From IMG/VR virus record IMGVR_UViG_3300037311_000293: 64,000 nucleotides of DNA, one strand, 5' to 3'. Made by a program: the position numbers and the translations under genes. Positions 56,635 through 64,000 of this stretch are shown piece after piece; the first letter of the stretch is position 1, and each line of letters begins with the position of its first letter. Source of the DNA: a virus. The notes below the pieces were generated by a model. That model made no database searches. It was not told where the DNA came from and saw nothing but the letters and a program-made list of their open reading frames with translations.

Positions 56635-56642
56635 GAAAGCAG

Positions 56643-57290
56643 ATGAAGAAGAGCCTACCCGGAGACATCAAGGCCCGGCTGTCGAGCATCGTCGATGCCG
56701 CAGAGCGGCAGGCTTCTGCGCCCCGTGTAGTTGACAACGGCACTGAAGCCGAGAAGCCACGACCCACTCGACCAAAGACCCGGGAGGAATCGTTCAAGGA
56801 TCTCGATGCCTGGCTCGAGGAAGCCAACGCCGGGATGCCAGATGAGAACCTTGCACGAGCGGCAAACGTCTCGATGACTGCTGTTCTGGAATGGCGACGA
56901 GCCAGAGGAGTCAAGCGGCTTCGTGGTCACCTGCGCCGTCGTGAGAAAGAGCTCTGGGCAGTGGATGCCTTCGGTGACCACTACGATGCCGAGCTCCATG
57001 CCGTTAGCAGTACGCTCCGTGGGATGTGGGATCTTCCAGAGTACATGCTTCGGCAACCCCTGAACTACGATCTGCTGTGTCGGTATCTGTACTTCCTGCA
57101 CATCGAGCTCGGATGTACGCCCGATGCCCTGGCAGAAGCCTTTGGTATCAAGGAACGCGACGTCGAGATGGCGATCGCTGTCGAAGTCTCACATCTGTCC
57201 CGCGTCAGCGTGCCCTGCAAGACCTGCGGACAGTCTACCGACCCGGCCTACGGGCCGTATTGTTCTGAGCGCTGTAAGGTGACAAAATGA
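56643..57290 (+). CDS. putative DNA-binding protein with two HTH-like segments and a C-terminal Zn ribbon
   Basis: DENLARAANVSMTAVLEWRR; TPDALAEAFGIKERDV; CKTCG...YCSERC. Confidence 0.55.
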   Translation: MKKSLPGDIKARLSSIVDAAERQASAPRVVDNGTEAEKPRPTRPKTREESFKDLDAWLEEANAGMPDENLARAANVSMTAVLEWRRARGVKRLRGHLRRREKELWAVDAFGDHYDAELHAVSSTLRGMWDLPEYMLRQPLNYDLLCRYLYFLHIELGCTPDALAEAFGIKERDVEMAIAVEVSHLSRVSVPCKTCGQSTDPAYGPYCSERCKVTK

Positions 57291-57964
57291 TCACTACATG
57301 GGACTGGCTACTCGCTCCTGCCGACGTGCTACGCGGCAACGGGGTAGATCCTGCGCATAGGATCGCAAAGACCGGGCATGCCCGACCCCTGGCACTCCGG
57401 TGGGCGCGTACCCTTGGTATGTGGTGCGTTGCTTCCCCAAAGGAGATCGTCGAGGTCGCGGCGACTACACGGACGACCTACGACATGTTTCGCCAGCGCC
57501 ATGCTCTACGCGTTGGTCGCAACACCGATCAACAGATCTCAGAGCGCTACGGACTCGCCAAGGCGTCAGAGATGTACCGTCAGGTCTTCGTCGCCAATGC
57601 GTGTCATCGAATGATTGCAAGCCGCCGCGCACGAGACCCCGGTCTCAGCTTTGGCGCAGCGGCAAACCTGTCTACCGGACGTGAATCCTACGACCAAAAG
57701 ATCCCACTGCGTCAGCGTCCGCCGGTTGTCGGGAATCTGGGTCTTCTCCCAATCGAGGTGCTGCTCTACTACTACGCCGTGGAGCATGTTCGTATAGACA
57801 GCGCCATCGAGCTCAGGCAGTGGCTTGTGCTCTCGGCTTCGGCAGAGGCAGCAGACCTCAAGCACATGCGTCTTCTTTGGGCAGCTTCTGAGGGCAGCGC
57901 GCTGGTGCGGTTGCCAGACAGCGTGCTTCAGCAATACGATGGCAACGATGAAGATCAAGAATGA
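57287..57964 (+). CDS. hypothetical protein
   Basis: 225 aa; ATGA-type overlap. Confidence 0.45.
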   Translation: MITTWDWLLAPADVLRGNGVDPAHRIAKTGHARPLALRWARTLGMWCVASPKEIVEVAATTRTTYDMFRQRHALRVGRNTDQQISERYGLAKASEMYRQVFVANACHRMIASRRARDPGLSFGAAANLSTGRESYDQKIPLRQRPPVVGNLGLLPIEVLLYYYAVEHVRIDSAIELRQWLVLSASAEAADLKHMRLLWAASEGSALVRLPDSVLQQYDGNDEDQE

Positions 57965-58421
57965 GTTCATCGAGCTCCATCGGCCGCGGCATGTTCACTT
58001 CGAGGCCTTCCGGGAAGCTGTGCAAAACAAAACGCACGTAGCCCTTGCGGAGGAAGAGGTCAGCAGAAAAGAGCCCAGCAATCTGTTGGACGTCTATCTC
58101 AAGGGCGACATGAGGCAGATCATCCAGGACTTCTGGATGCGTCCTGATCACTACAGCCCTCGTCAGCAAGACATCTTGATTGCCCTGAGTCAGTACCAAG
58201 ACCCAGATCCCGCCATCACTGATCCGGAGAAGACAGACCTGCTGCTGACGTGGATGCGAGACACGGCAACACAGCAGCGCTTCAGAGAGCTCAACAGAAA
58301 GACTACCGATCCTGATGAAGAGATTGTCCTCGAAGACGGCCGAACGCTGGACGAATCGGTAAAGGCAGAGAAGGAGCCTGACTTCGAGACCCAAGACTTT
58401 GGCGATAAAATCATCATCTGA
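57939..58421 (+). CDS. hypothetical acidic protein
   Basis: Start MATMKIKNE. Confidence 0.45.
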   Translation: MATMKIKNEFIELHRPRHVHFEAFREAVQNKTHVALAEEEVSRKEPSNLLDVYLKGDMRQIIQDFWMRPDHYSPRQQDILIALSQYQDPDPAITDPEKTDLLLTWMRDTATQQRFRELNRKTTDPDEEIVLEDGRTLDESVKAEKEPDFETQDFGDKIII

Positions 58422-58425
58422 TCCT

Positions 58426-58433
58426 CCTATGAG
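58426..58433 (+). promoter_or_regulatory. recurrent motif CCTATGAG
   Basis: Before GAGGAGG and ATG at 58451. Confidence 0.5.
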
Positions 58434-58450
58434 AAGGTGAGGAGGCAATA

Positions 58451-58732
58451 ATGATCACGATTCAGGAGTATGCAGAAACAGCAGAACTCGTCTACGGCGA
58501 AGAAGACGTCGCCGAAGTCGCCAACGAGCAGCTCAAGCTGTTCATGGATTTGGCGCATGTACTGCGCCGGCAAGAGGTGCTGCGCGCCAACGTGAAGAGC
58601 CGAGCGCTGTCAGACCTGGCAGCGTCGATCCTGATGGCGCAGAACACGTACATGATCAACAAGTTGCAGTACAGCATCACGTTGAATCGTGTCGTGCTTC
58701 AAGCCCTTCGGTTGCCGAGGGCAGAAGCATGA
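58451..58732 (+). CDS. hypothetical helical protein
   Basis: SD GAGGAGG. Confidence 0.5.
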   Translation: MITIQEYAETAELVYGEEDVAEVANEQLKLFMDLAHVLRRQEVLRANVKSRALSDLAASILMAQNTYMINKLQYSITLNRVVLQALRLPRAEA

Positions 58733-59190
58733 TCGCCGCAGCGGCTCACGGCGCCTGTGCGGATTGCGGATGCGCCCATGAAGAGTGCGAGTGCACAGAG
58801 GTCCCGGTCGCCGAGACCTATGTCTACGAAGGCGGGTTCGAGTGCCACGGCACTTACCTGTCCGAGTACCGCGGCTTCCGTGTCGTCCGTAAGCTCGGTC
58901 TCTACGAGGCCTTCGTGCTTCTGCGCGACAGCAAGCATGTCAAGGGTCCGCATAACTGGCCCGGCGATCGCGTGTTTCTCAGCCATGCGGGCCTGGTGAA
59001 CCGCGGATGGGCTGCCGTCGACGTCGATCGTGAGCGCGGTCGGATCCGTGTGGTCTACAACTACGACGGCCGCTACACCCTCCAGGAAGCCGGGCTTCAC
59101 GGCTTTCTCGAGGCCACGCGGCAGGCCACGACGTGGTCGGCGAGTCTACGAGCTCTCCACGACTACGCCGAAGACGGAGTGGATCAATGA
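58729..59190 (+). CDS. hypothetical protein with N-terminal Cys cluster
   Basis: CADCGCAHEECEC. Confidence 0.5.
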   Translation: MIAAAAHGACADCGCAHEECECTEVPVAETYVYEGGFECHGTYLSEYRGFRVVRKLGLYEAFVLLRDSKHVKGPHNWPGDRVFLSHAGLVNRGWAAVDVDRERGRIRVVYNYDGRYTLQEAGLHGFLEATRQATTWSASLRALHDYAEDGVDQ

Positions 59191-59214
59191 AGAAGAGGGC
59201 TCGCGCCCTCTTCT
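59190..59214. terminator. bidirectional terminator
   Basis: AAGAAGAGGGC-tcgc-GCCCTCTTCTT. Confidence 0.75.
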
Positions 59215-59220
59215 TTTGCT

Positions 59221-61377
59221 TCAGAACGTACGGCCGACGCCTGCATATCCCGGAGGGGCCAGGGGCGTCTCGTGGTGGTGTTGGAGCATGTTGCCTACGG
59301 TTTGGATCCCTTTGTAGGCACCATAGAGCCCGAGACCCCCGACTCCGATCACTCCGGCCTTCGCCAGGTTCCCTGGGGTGACGAGTAGCTTCTTGGCCGC
59401 CACTCCCGCTGCACCCGTTGCGCCAGGTGCGTTGGTCGGCGCCGGAACTCCCGCTGCGGCCGGTGCTGTCGTCGCGGCCACAGGAGCCATCTTGGCCTTC
59501 TGAGCCTTGTGGGCCTGGAGACGGTCCCCCAAAGACGGAGCCGGCGCCTGGGCGTTCTGTGCCGCCCTCTGGGCGCGCACGACGTCGCGCTGTGCGAGTT
59601 GCTGGCCCACGGTACCCGTGGTGACCTCGCCGCGTGCGATGGCGCGGTTCCGCATCGCCTTCTCGCTGGCCCGGCTCGCCGAGGCGTTCGCGACTTGTGT
59701 CGATTGCCCTTGAAGGCCGGCTCGGAACTGGGCCTTTCGAGCCGCCGAAGAACCGGCACGGAGGTCTCCGATGTTGTGGCCGAAACCCTTTACCGCACGG
59801 GTGCCTTCCTCGACGAAGTCACGACCGAGCTGTCGGGCGCCCTGACCCATGTGCTTTGCCGTCTGCACGGCTTTGCCGACGACACCTCTGGCAACTCGGC
59901 CCGCCATGTTGGCGAGCACGTTGGAGATCTTCTCTTGTTCCTCGGTCGTCATGTACTCCCAATCGGGGTACAGCAACTGCGCGATCTTCTCGAGCTGCGC
60001 CTTCTTGGTACGATCGTCGATCGCCTTGGCCGCGCGATGGGTCACCCCGGGAGCGACCATGGCGAGCCCGGCGATCTCTCTACCGTGGCTCTTGCCGAAC
60101 TTGCTGTCGGTCCCGAGGCCCTTCTCGAGCGCCAATCCGGCAGCACGGATCTTGGGGTTGCGGGCCTTGGACAACCGATGACCCGCTGCGCTCGCTGCAT
60201 ACGGCGCGGCAAGAACGGCGAGACCTGCGTCGTCGATGCGGTCTGAGATGTGCTGCGCCCGCTCGCTCAGGGCCGCTGCCTTGATTTCGGCCTCTGCGGC
60301 TTCGACATCTTCTGCGGTCTGCGTGGCGCGAGCAAACGCCGATGTACCCGGGAGCGCAGAGATGCCGGCGTGGTCCTCCCCGAGAACCGGACGCGAGCGC
60401 GTCAGCTCTTCGCCCTTCGAGGCTTTGGCCATGTTGAGCTCGGCGGTGAGGCGGGCTGCCTTCTCCATCTTGTCGAGCTTGGTGTAGTAGTCCGGGCGTT
60501 CGCGAAGGTGATCGATCGCGATCTGCTTTGCGATGCTGGGCTTGTCGGTGTGTTCCTTCTCCACGGCGATTCCCTTTCTGACCTGCGAACCGGGTAGGCC
60601 GCGAGCAGAGTCGTGAGGTGTCGTCAGATCTTTCTTGCTGATGCCGGCGGCCTTCATCCGCTCTGCACGTCCAGCAAGACGAAGGCCTTCGTTGAGAGCC
60701 CCGAGCTGAGCCACGCGTTTCGGTGACGTCTTGGCCTTTGCAGCAGCATCGAAGGCCGCGTCGTAGCGAGCTCGTGTCGCCTTGGCCGCTGAGCCAATAC
60801 CACTGGGGGCCTTGTCCAATAGGCGCTTGCGAATCCAATCGGCACTCACGGCTTCTTTGATGCCCACAGAGCTGTCGGCTGCGGCACCACCGAATACCGC
60901 ACCCTCGCGGGTGTGGAGGATCTTGGCAACCTTCTTGCCGTGGTTTGCTTTGTCCAGAACCTTGGACTTGAAGTCTTCCATCGCCATCTCCTTCATCGAT
61001 CCGAAGAAGCGAGGATCGTTGTATTGCTTCATGTACGCGGCTTTGGCTTCCTCAGCGGACTTGAAGCCCAGCATGACCTTCTGTTCATCGAAGAGCATCC
61101 AGTCCAGACCGTCTCCGGGGGACGAACCGCGGGGCTTCTTCATCTGATCGATGATGAAGACCTTCTCGCTGGTGGTATCCGGGCCGATGTAGACGTCGAC
61201 GTGATCACCATCGGTACCCTCGGTGTTCCAGATGTAGCCGTAGTGGTGATGCATCTTGGTCGATCCAGTCTCCTTGCCATGAGGATCGAACCATCGGCGC
61301 ACAGAACCCCGGGCGTTCTCGATGCTGATGTCGAGTCCCCACAGTTTCATGCGGCCCTGGAGCTTGTGAGCAGTCAT
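59221..61377 (-). CDS. multidomain protein: inorganic-pyrophosphatase-like (InPase) domain, DUF5661-like motif and Ala/Lys-rich tail; possible internal virion protein
   Basis: ISIEN..GS.R...HYGYI..TEG.DGDHVDVYIGP...FDEQKVMLGF.S.EEA..AY; GIAVEKEHT....AKQIA.DHL.E.PDYYTKL. Confidence 0.65.
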   Translation of the reverse strand: MTAHKLQGRMKLWGLDISIENARGSVRRWFDPHGKETGSTKMHHHYGYIWNTEGTDGDHVDVYIGPDTTSEKVFIIDQMKKPRGSSPGDGLDWMLFDEQKVMLGFKSAEEAKAAYMKQYNDPRFFGSMKEMAMEDFKSKVLDKANHGKKVAKILHTREGAVFGGAAADSSVGIKEAVSADWIRKRLLDKAPSGIGSAAKATRARYDAAFDAAAKAKTSPKRVAQLGALNEGLRLAGRAERMKAAGISKKDLTTPHDSARGLPGSQVRKGIAVEKEHTDKPSIAKQIAIDHLRERPDYYTKLDKMEKAARLTAELNMAKASKGEELTRSRPVLGEDHAGISALPGTSAFARATQTAEDVEAAEAEIKAAALSERAQHISDRIDDAGLAVLAAPYAASAAGHRLSKARNPKIRAAGLALEKGLGTDSKFGKSHGREIAGLAMVAPGVTHRAAKAIDDRTKKAQLEKIAQLLYPDWEYMTTEEQEKISNVLANMAGRVARGVVGKAVQTAKHMGQGARQLGRDFVEEGTRAVKGFGHNIGDLRAGSSAARKAQFRAGLQGQSTQVANASASRASEKAMRNRAIARGEVTTGTVGQQLAQRDVVRAQRAAQNAQAPAPSLGDRLQAHKAQKAKMAPVAATTAPAAAGVPAPTNAPGATGAAGVAAKKLLVTPGNLAKAGVIGVGGLGLYGAYKGIQTVGNMLQHHHETPLAPPGYAGVGRTF

Positions 61378-61383
61378 TGCGGG

Positions 61384-61389
61384 AGTATA
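61384..61389 (-). promoter_or_regulatory. -10-like hexamer TATACT 6 nt before SD-less ATG at 61377
   Basis: Coding strand reads cgcTATACTcccgcaATG. Confidence 0.45.
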
Positions 61390-61436
61390 GCGTGCCGATC
61401 TCCTGTAAGGGAACGACCAAAATACCCGAGAAAACG

Positions 61437-61444
61437 CCTATAAG
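61437..61444 (+). promoter_or_regulatory. recurrent motif CCTATAAG
   Basis: Upstream of the MYG1-like gene. Confidence 0.5.
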
Positions 61445-61487
61445 ATCATGAAGAGAACAACTAGTGCCATTGGCACACGGAGGTATC

Positions 61488-62402
61488 ATGATCATTGCAA
61501 CTCACAACGGCGTGTTTCAAGCGGACGACGTCTTCGCTGTGGCAACGCTTCTTCTCATCCACCCCAAGGCGCGCGTCATCAGGACGCGTGACCCCAAGGA
61601 GCTCGCGTCCGCCGACATCGTGGTGGACGTCGGCGGGGTCTACGACCCCGACACGAAGAGGTACGACCACCACCAGCGCGGACGCGCTGGCGTGCGCCCG
61701 CTCTCGGGGATTCCGTACTCGGCCTTCGGGCTGGTGTGGAAGCATCATCAGCACTGGCTCGCCACCACGCTGAGCTCCATGGCCGTGGAGGATGCGACGG
61801 AGGCACTGAAGCGCGTCGAGGAGACCCTCGTCATCGGAATCGACGCCACCGACAACGGCTTCGATCTCCCGCACTCGCCGTACGCGCTGAGCATCAGCGC
61901 GGTCATCTCTCAGATGAACCCGACGTGGGTGGGGTCGCCGGAGATGCCGACGTTCGACAGCCGCTTCTTCGAAGCCGTCGAGTTCGCGACGCGGGTGCTT
62001 CGTGACCGCATCGCGTCGGAGTACGCCACGGTCAAGGCGCGGAACAAGGTCCGCGAGGCGATCGACTACTCCAAGCGCAACGATCCTCGGATCATCCTGC
62101 TGGACAACGGCGGAATGCCGTGGACCGATGTTGTCTGCGCAGAGGCGCCATACGCCCAGTACGTCGTGTTCCAGGCGCCCGACAGCACCTGGATGTGCCA
62201 GGCGGTCCCGGATGCACCGGGGTCGTTCGGCATGCGCCGCGCGCTGCCTGAAGAATGGGCGGGTCTGCGTGACCAGGAGTTCCGCTCGAAGACTGCGGTG
62301 GAATCCGCAGTCTTCTGTCACCCCGGGCGCTTCATCTGCGGCGCCGGTACCAAGCTGGACGCCCTCAAGCTGGCCAACCAGGCCATGATGGGAAAGCAGT
62401 GA
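61488..62402 (+). CDS. MYG1-family (DHH-like) 3'-5' exonuclease
   Basis: IATHNG.F.ADD, RTRD, DVGG.YDP...YDHHQ, GLVWKH, IDA.DNG, FCH.G.FI. Confidence 0.85.
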   Translation: MIIATHNGVFQADDVFAVATLLLIHPKARVIRTRDPKELASADIVVDVGGVYDPDTKRYDHHQRGRAGVRPLSGIPYSAFGLVWKHHQHWLATTLSSMAVEDATEALKRVEETLVIGIDATDNGFDLPHSPYALSISAVISQMNPTWVGSPEMPTFDSRFFEAVEFATRVLRDRIASEYATVKARNKVREAIDYSKRNDPRIILLDNGGMPWTDVVCAEAPYAQYVVFQAPDSTWMCQAVPDAPGSFGMRRALPEEWAGLRDQEFRSKTAVESAVFCHPGRFICGAGTKLDALKLANQAMMGKQ

Positions 62403-62644
62403 TCTACATCGCTTTTCTGTGGGGCATGTTCTTGATCATCGCGAATGCACCACTGCGTGCGTTCGCTCGAGGAGCTGGTTGGGGTGTCGCCCTGAACCCC
62501 GGCACGATCCTCGTTCTGGGTGCTCTCCTCCCCTTCATCGCCTTCGCCAAGCTCCTCCTCCTCTTCGGTGGTGGCGATGACGGGATGTACGAGGACGAGA
62601 TGCACGCCGCCGGGGCTGGGCTCCGGTGTCGTGATCGGAGTTGA
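62399..62644 (+). CDS. small membrane protein
   Basis: Two hydrophobic segments. Confidence 0.45.
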   Translation: MIYIAFLWGMFLIIANAPLRAFARGAGWGVALNPGTILVLGALLPFIAFAKLLLLFGGGDDGMYEDEMHAAGAGLRCRDRS

Positions 62645-62668
62645 GCCCCGGGGTTCGCCCCGGGGTTC
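62643..62668 (+). terminator. UUCG hairpin terminator
   Basis: GAGCCCCGGGG-TTCG-CCCCGGGGTTC. Confidence 0.65.
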
Positions 62669-62711
62669 CTCCGAACCCTTTGCTTTTCTTCTATGAGTCA
62701 GTGAGGAGCCC

Positions 62712-63029
62712 ATGAATACCAAGACAGTGATTGCCTTCGCCGAGCACGGACGAAACACCCCATCAGCAGTAGTGCTCAAGGAAGCACTGGATACCCCGGG
62801 ATTCAAGGAGCTGACACTTCTTGATCTGGAGGAACCATACATTCTCGAAGAGTTCGAAGCGTGCTCTTGGGGACATGCACAGACCTATCTACAAGCCAAG
62901 TACTTCCAAACGATCTATTCACCGCCTGACCCGATCGTTTGGCTTCCGTGGGATGAGATGCACAAGGCGGCTCGAACTCCTGTGGGAAAAGCAGTGATCA
63001 ATAAACTTCGACTCAAAAAGCCAAAGTGA
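62712..63029 (+). CDS. hypothetical protein
   Basis: TCTATGAG motif plus SD GAGGAG. Confidence 0.5.
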   Translation: MNTKTVIAFAEHGRNTPSAVVLKEALDTPGFKELTLLDLEEPYILEEFEACSWGHAQTYLQAKYFQTIYSPPDPIVWLPWDEMHKAARTPVGKAVINKLRLKKPK

Positions 63030-63046
63030 TGATGCATCGGTTTTCT

Positions 63047-63054
63047 CCTATGAG
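63047..63054 (+). promoter_or_regulatory. recurrent motif CCTATGAG
   Basis: TTTTCTCCTATGAG before GAGGAG. Confidence 0.5.
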
Positions 63055-63085
63055 TTAGTGAGGAGCGTTCCTCAGAGGAGACAAC

Positions 63086-63538
63086 ATGAGCATTCATCAG
63101 CAACTGCGGGCCCTCATCGAAGACAACGAGCTCACCAACGGCGACGTCGCCGCGCGTTCCCTGGAGATCTTGGGACTGACGCTCGACCAACTCCCGCAGG
63201 TCGACGGCAACATCTGGTGGGTTCCCGTCGTGCCCGACGAAGGCATGACGCTGGCCATCGCGGTCTCGTCGTACGCATTGGAGCACAATCGTCAGTCGGC
63301 CAAGAAGGTGCCGGTCGTCGAGATCCACGAGTACAGAGATCGGGGTGCTGCCCATCCGGTGACGGACGCACGTCACGCCTACATCACGGGACCGTCGACA
63401 CTGCTGTACACCCCCGACGAGCCTCTCGGTGGTGCTCCGCGCCGAACCGCGGTGCTCGTCACCACATCCGTCGTCCTCGCCGCCATGGACAAGGATCTGA
63501 TCAAGCGATTCAACACCGGGTTCATTCTCGGCTGCTGA
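63086..63538 (+). CDS. hypothetical protein (paralog of 63636->64000)
   Basis: Shares W..V.P.....IAVS..ALE.N and HPV..ARH...TGP with the next gene. Confidence 0.55.
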   Translation: MSIHQQLRALIEDNELTNGDVAARSLEILGLTLDQLPQVDGNIWWVPVVPDEGMTLAIAVSSYALEHNRQSAKKVPVVEIHEYRDRGAAHPVTDARHAYITGPSTLLYTPDEPLGGAPRRTAVLVTTSVVLAAMDKDLIKRFNTGFILGC

Positions 63539-63544
63539 GTCAAT

Positions 63545-63571
63545 GAATCGGGTTCCCCACCCGATTCTTTT
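63545..63571 (+). terminator. rho-independent terminator
   Basis: GAATCGGGT/ACCCGATTC stem plus TTTT. Confidence 0.7.
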
Positions 63572-63635
63572 GCATACAAAAACAGATCATAGATCACATA
63601 TAAGTCTGTGTAGGGCACATGCCCCTGGAGGAGAC

Positions 63636-64000
63636 ATGAACGCACAAGAAATCAATCAGAAGATCCGCGACATCAAGGCTGGCGAAGGCACGCACGGGGA
63701 CAAGATGGCGGAAGCCATCCGGTTCCTCGAGGAGAACGGCATCGCCGTCGTACTGCCCGAGACCGCGTTCAAGGTGTACTGGGACATCATCCCGGTCCCC
63801 GAGACCGCGCAGATGATCTGCATCGCCGTCAGCGGCAACGCCCTCGAGCGCAACCTCTACGAGGACCACGACAAGCACTGGAACGTGCTCGAGCTCTTCG
63901 CCACGTCCGAGATGATGAAGGAGGCGGGTTCCATCCACCCCGTCATCGCGCGGCACGTCGTCATGACGGGACCGGGGGAGATCATCCATCGTCCCGGTGA
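63636..64000 (+). CDS. hypothetical protein (partial; paralog of 63086-63538)
   Basis: SD GGAGGAG; MNAQEINQKIRDIKAGEG...; runs off the window end; not in the ORF track. Confidence 0.6.
   Translation, partial: MNAQEINQKIRDIKAGEGTHGDKMAEAIRFLEENGIAVVLPETAFKVYWDIIPVPETAQMICIAVSGNALERNLYEDHDKHWNVLELFATSEMMKEAGSIHPVIARHVVMTGPGEIIHRPG

Noticed and set aside
1-64000. Interpretation as bacterial chromosome or integrative element
   Set aside because: No housekeeping operons, integrase, transposase or conjugation genes were recognised; gene density, tail genes and orphan metabolic genes fit a large phage. A prophage edge at the left end cannot be excluded.

Overview
This window looks like a 64-kb piece of a large, GC-rich tailed bacteriophage genome. 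Genes are densely packed and mostly short and unknown, in a long minus-strand block (about 9.5-56.4 kb) with plus-strand islands. No capsid, terminase or integrase was recognised, and there is no bacterial housekeeping operon. Recognisable genes include tail/virion proteins (1.26-5.87 kb), a tail-assembly-chaperone-like pair, GroES, an ATP-dependent DNA ligase, RNase HII, two DEDD exonucleases, a split RecD2-like helicase, ThyA, Dcd, Ndk, an HD (alarmone-hydrolase-like) protein, a SleB-like hydrolase, a MYG1-like nuclease and one tRNA-Val(UAC). A DAG-repeat lipoprotein suggests a myxobacterial host (inference). The ORF track missed several items. (1) A PAS sensor histidine kinase plus Rcp1-type response regulator runs off the left end, coupled to the tail operon. 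(2) A recurring intergenic motif, CCTAT(C/A/G)AG, precedes SD-led genes. (3) A separate set of genes, mostly virion-like, has TATnnT exactly 6-7 nt before an SD-less ATG (leaderless). (4) A perfect 15-bp hairpin at 48.9 kb has a loop with two anti-Shine-Dalgarno tracts; with (2) and (3) it suggests an RNA-based switch from SD-dependent to leaderless translation (hypothesis). (5) Four copies of a 16-mer form nested inverted repeats in the AT-rich strand-switch region at 56.4-56.6 kb. (6) There is a candidate -1 frameshift site, and the tRNA CCA end overlaps a start codon. At least three frameshifts fall in G/C homopolymers, so single-base assembly errors are possible and all frameshift claims need read-level checks. 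All family assignments come from motif recognition by eye; no database was searched.
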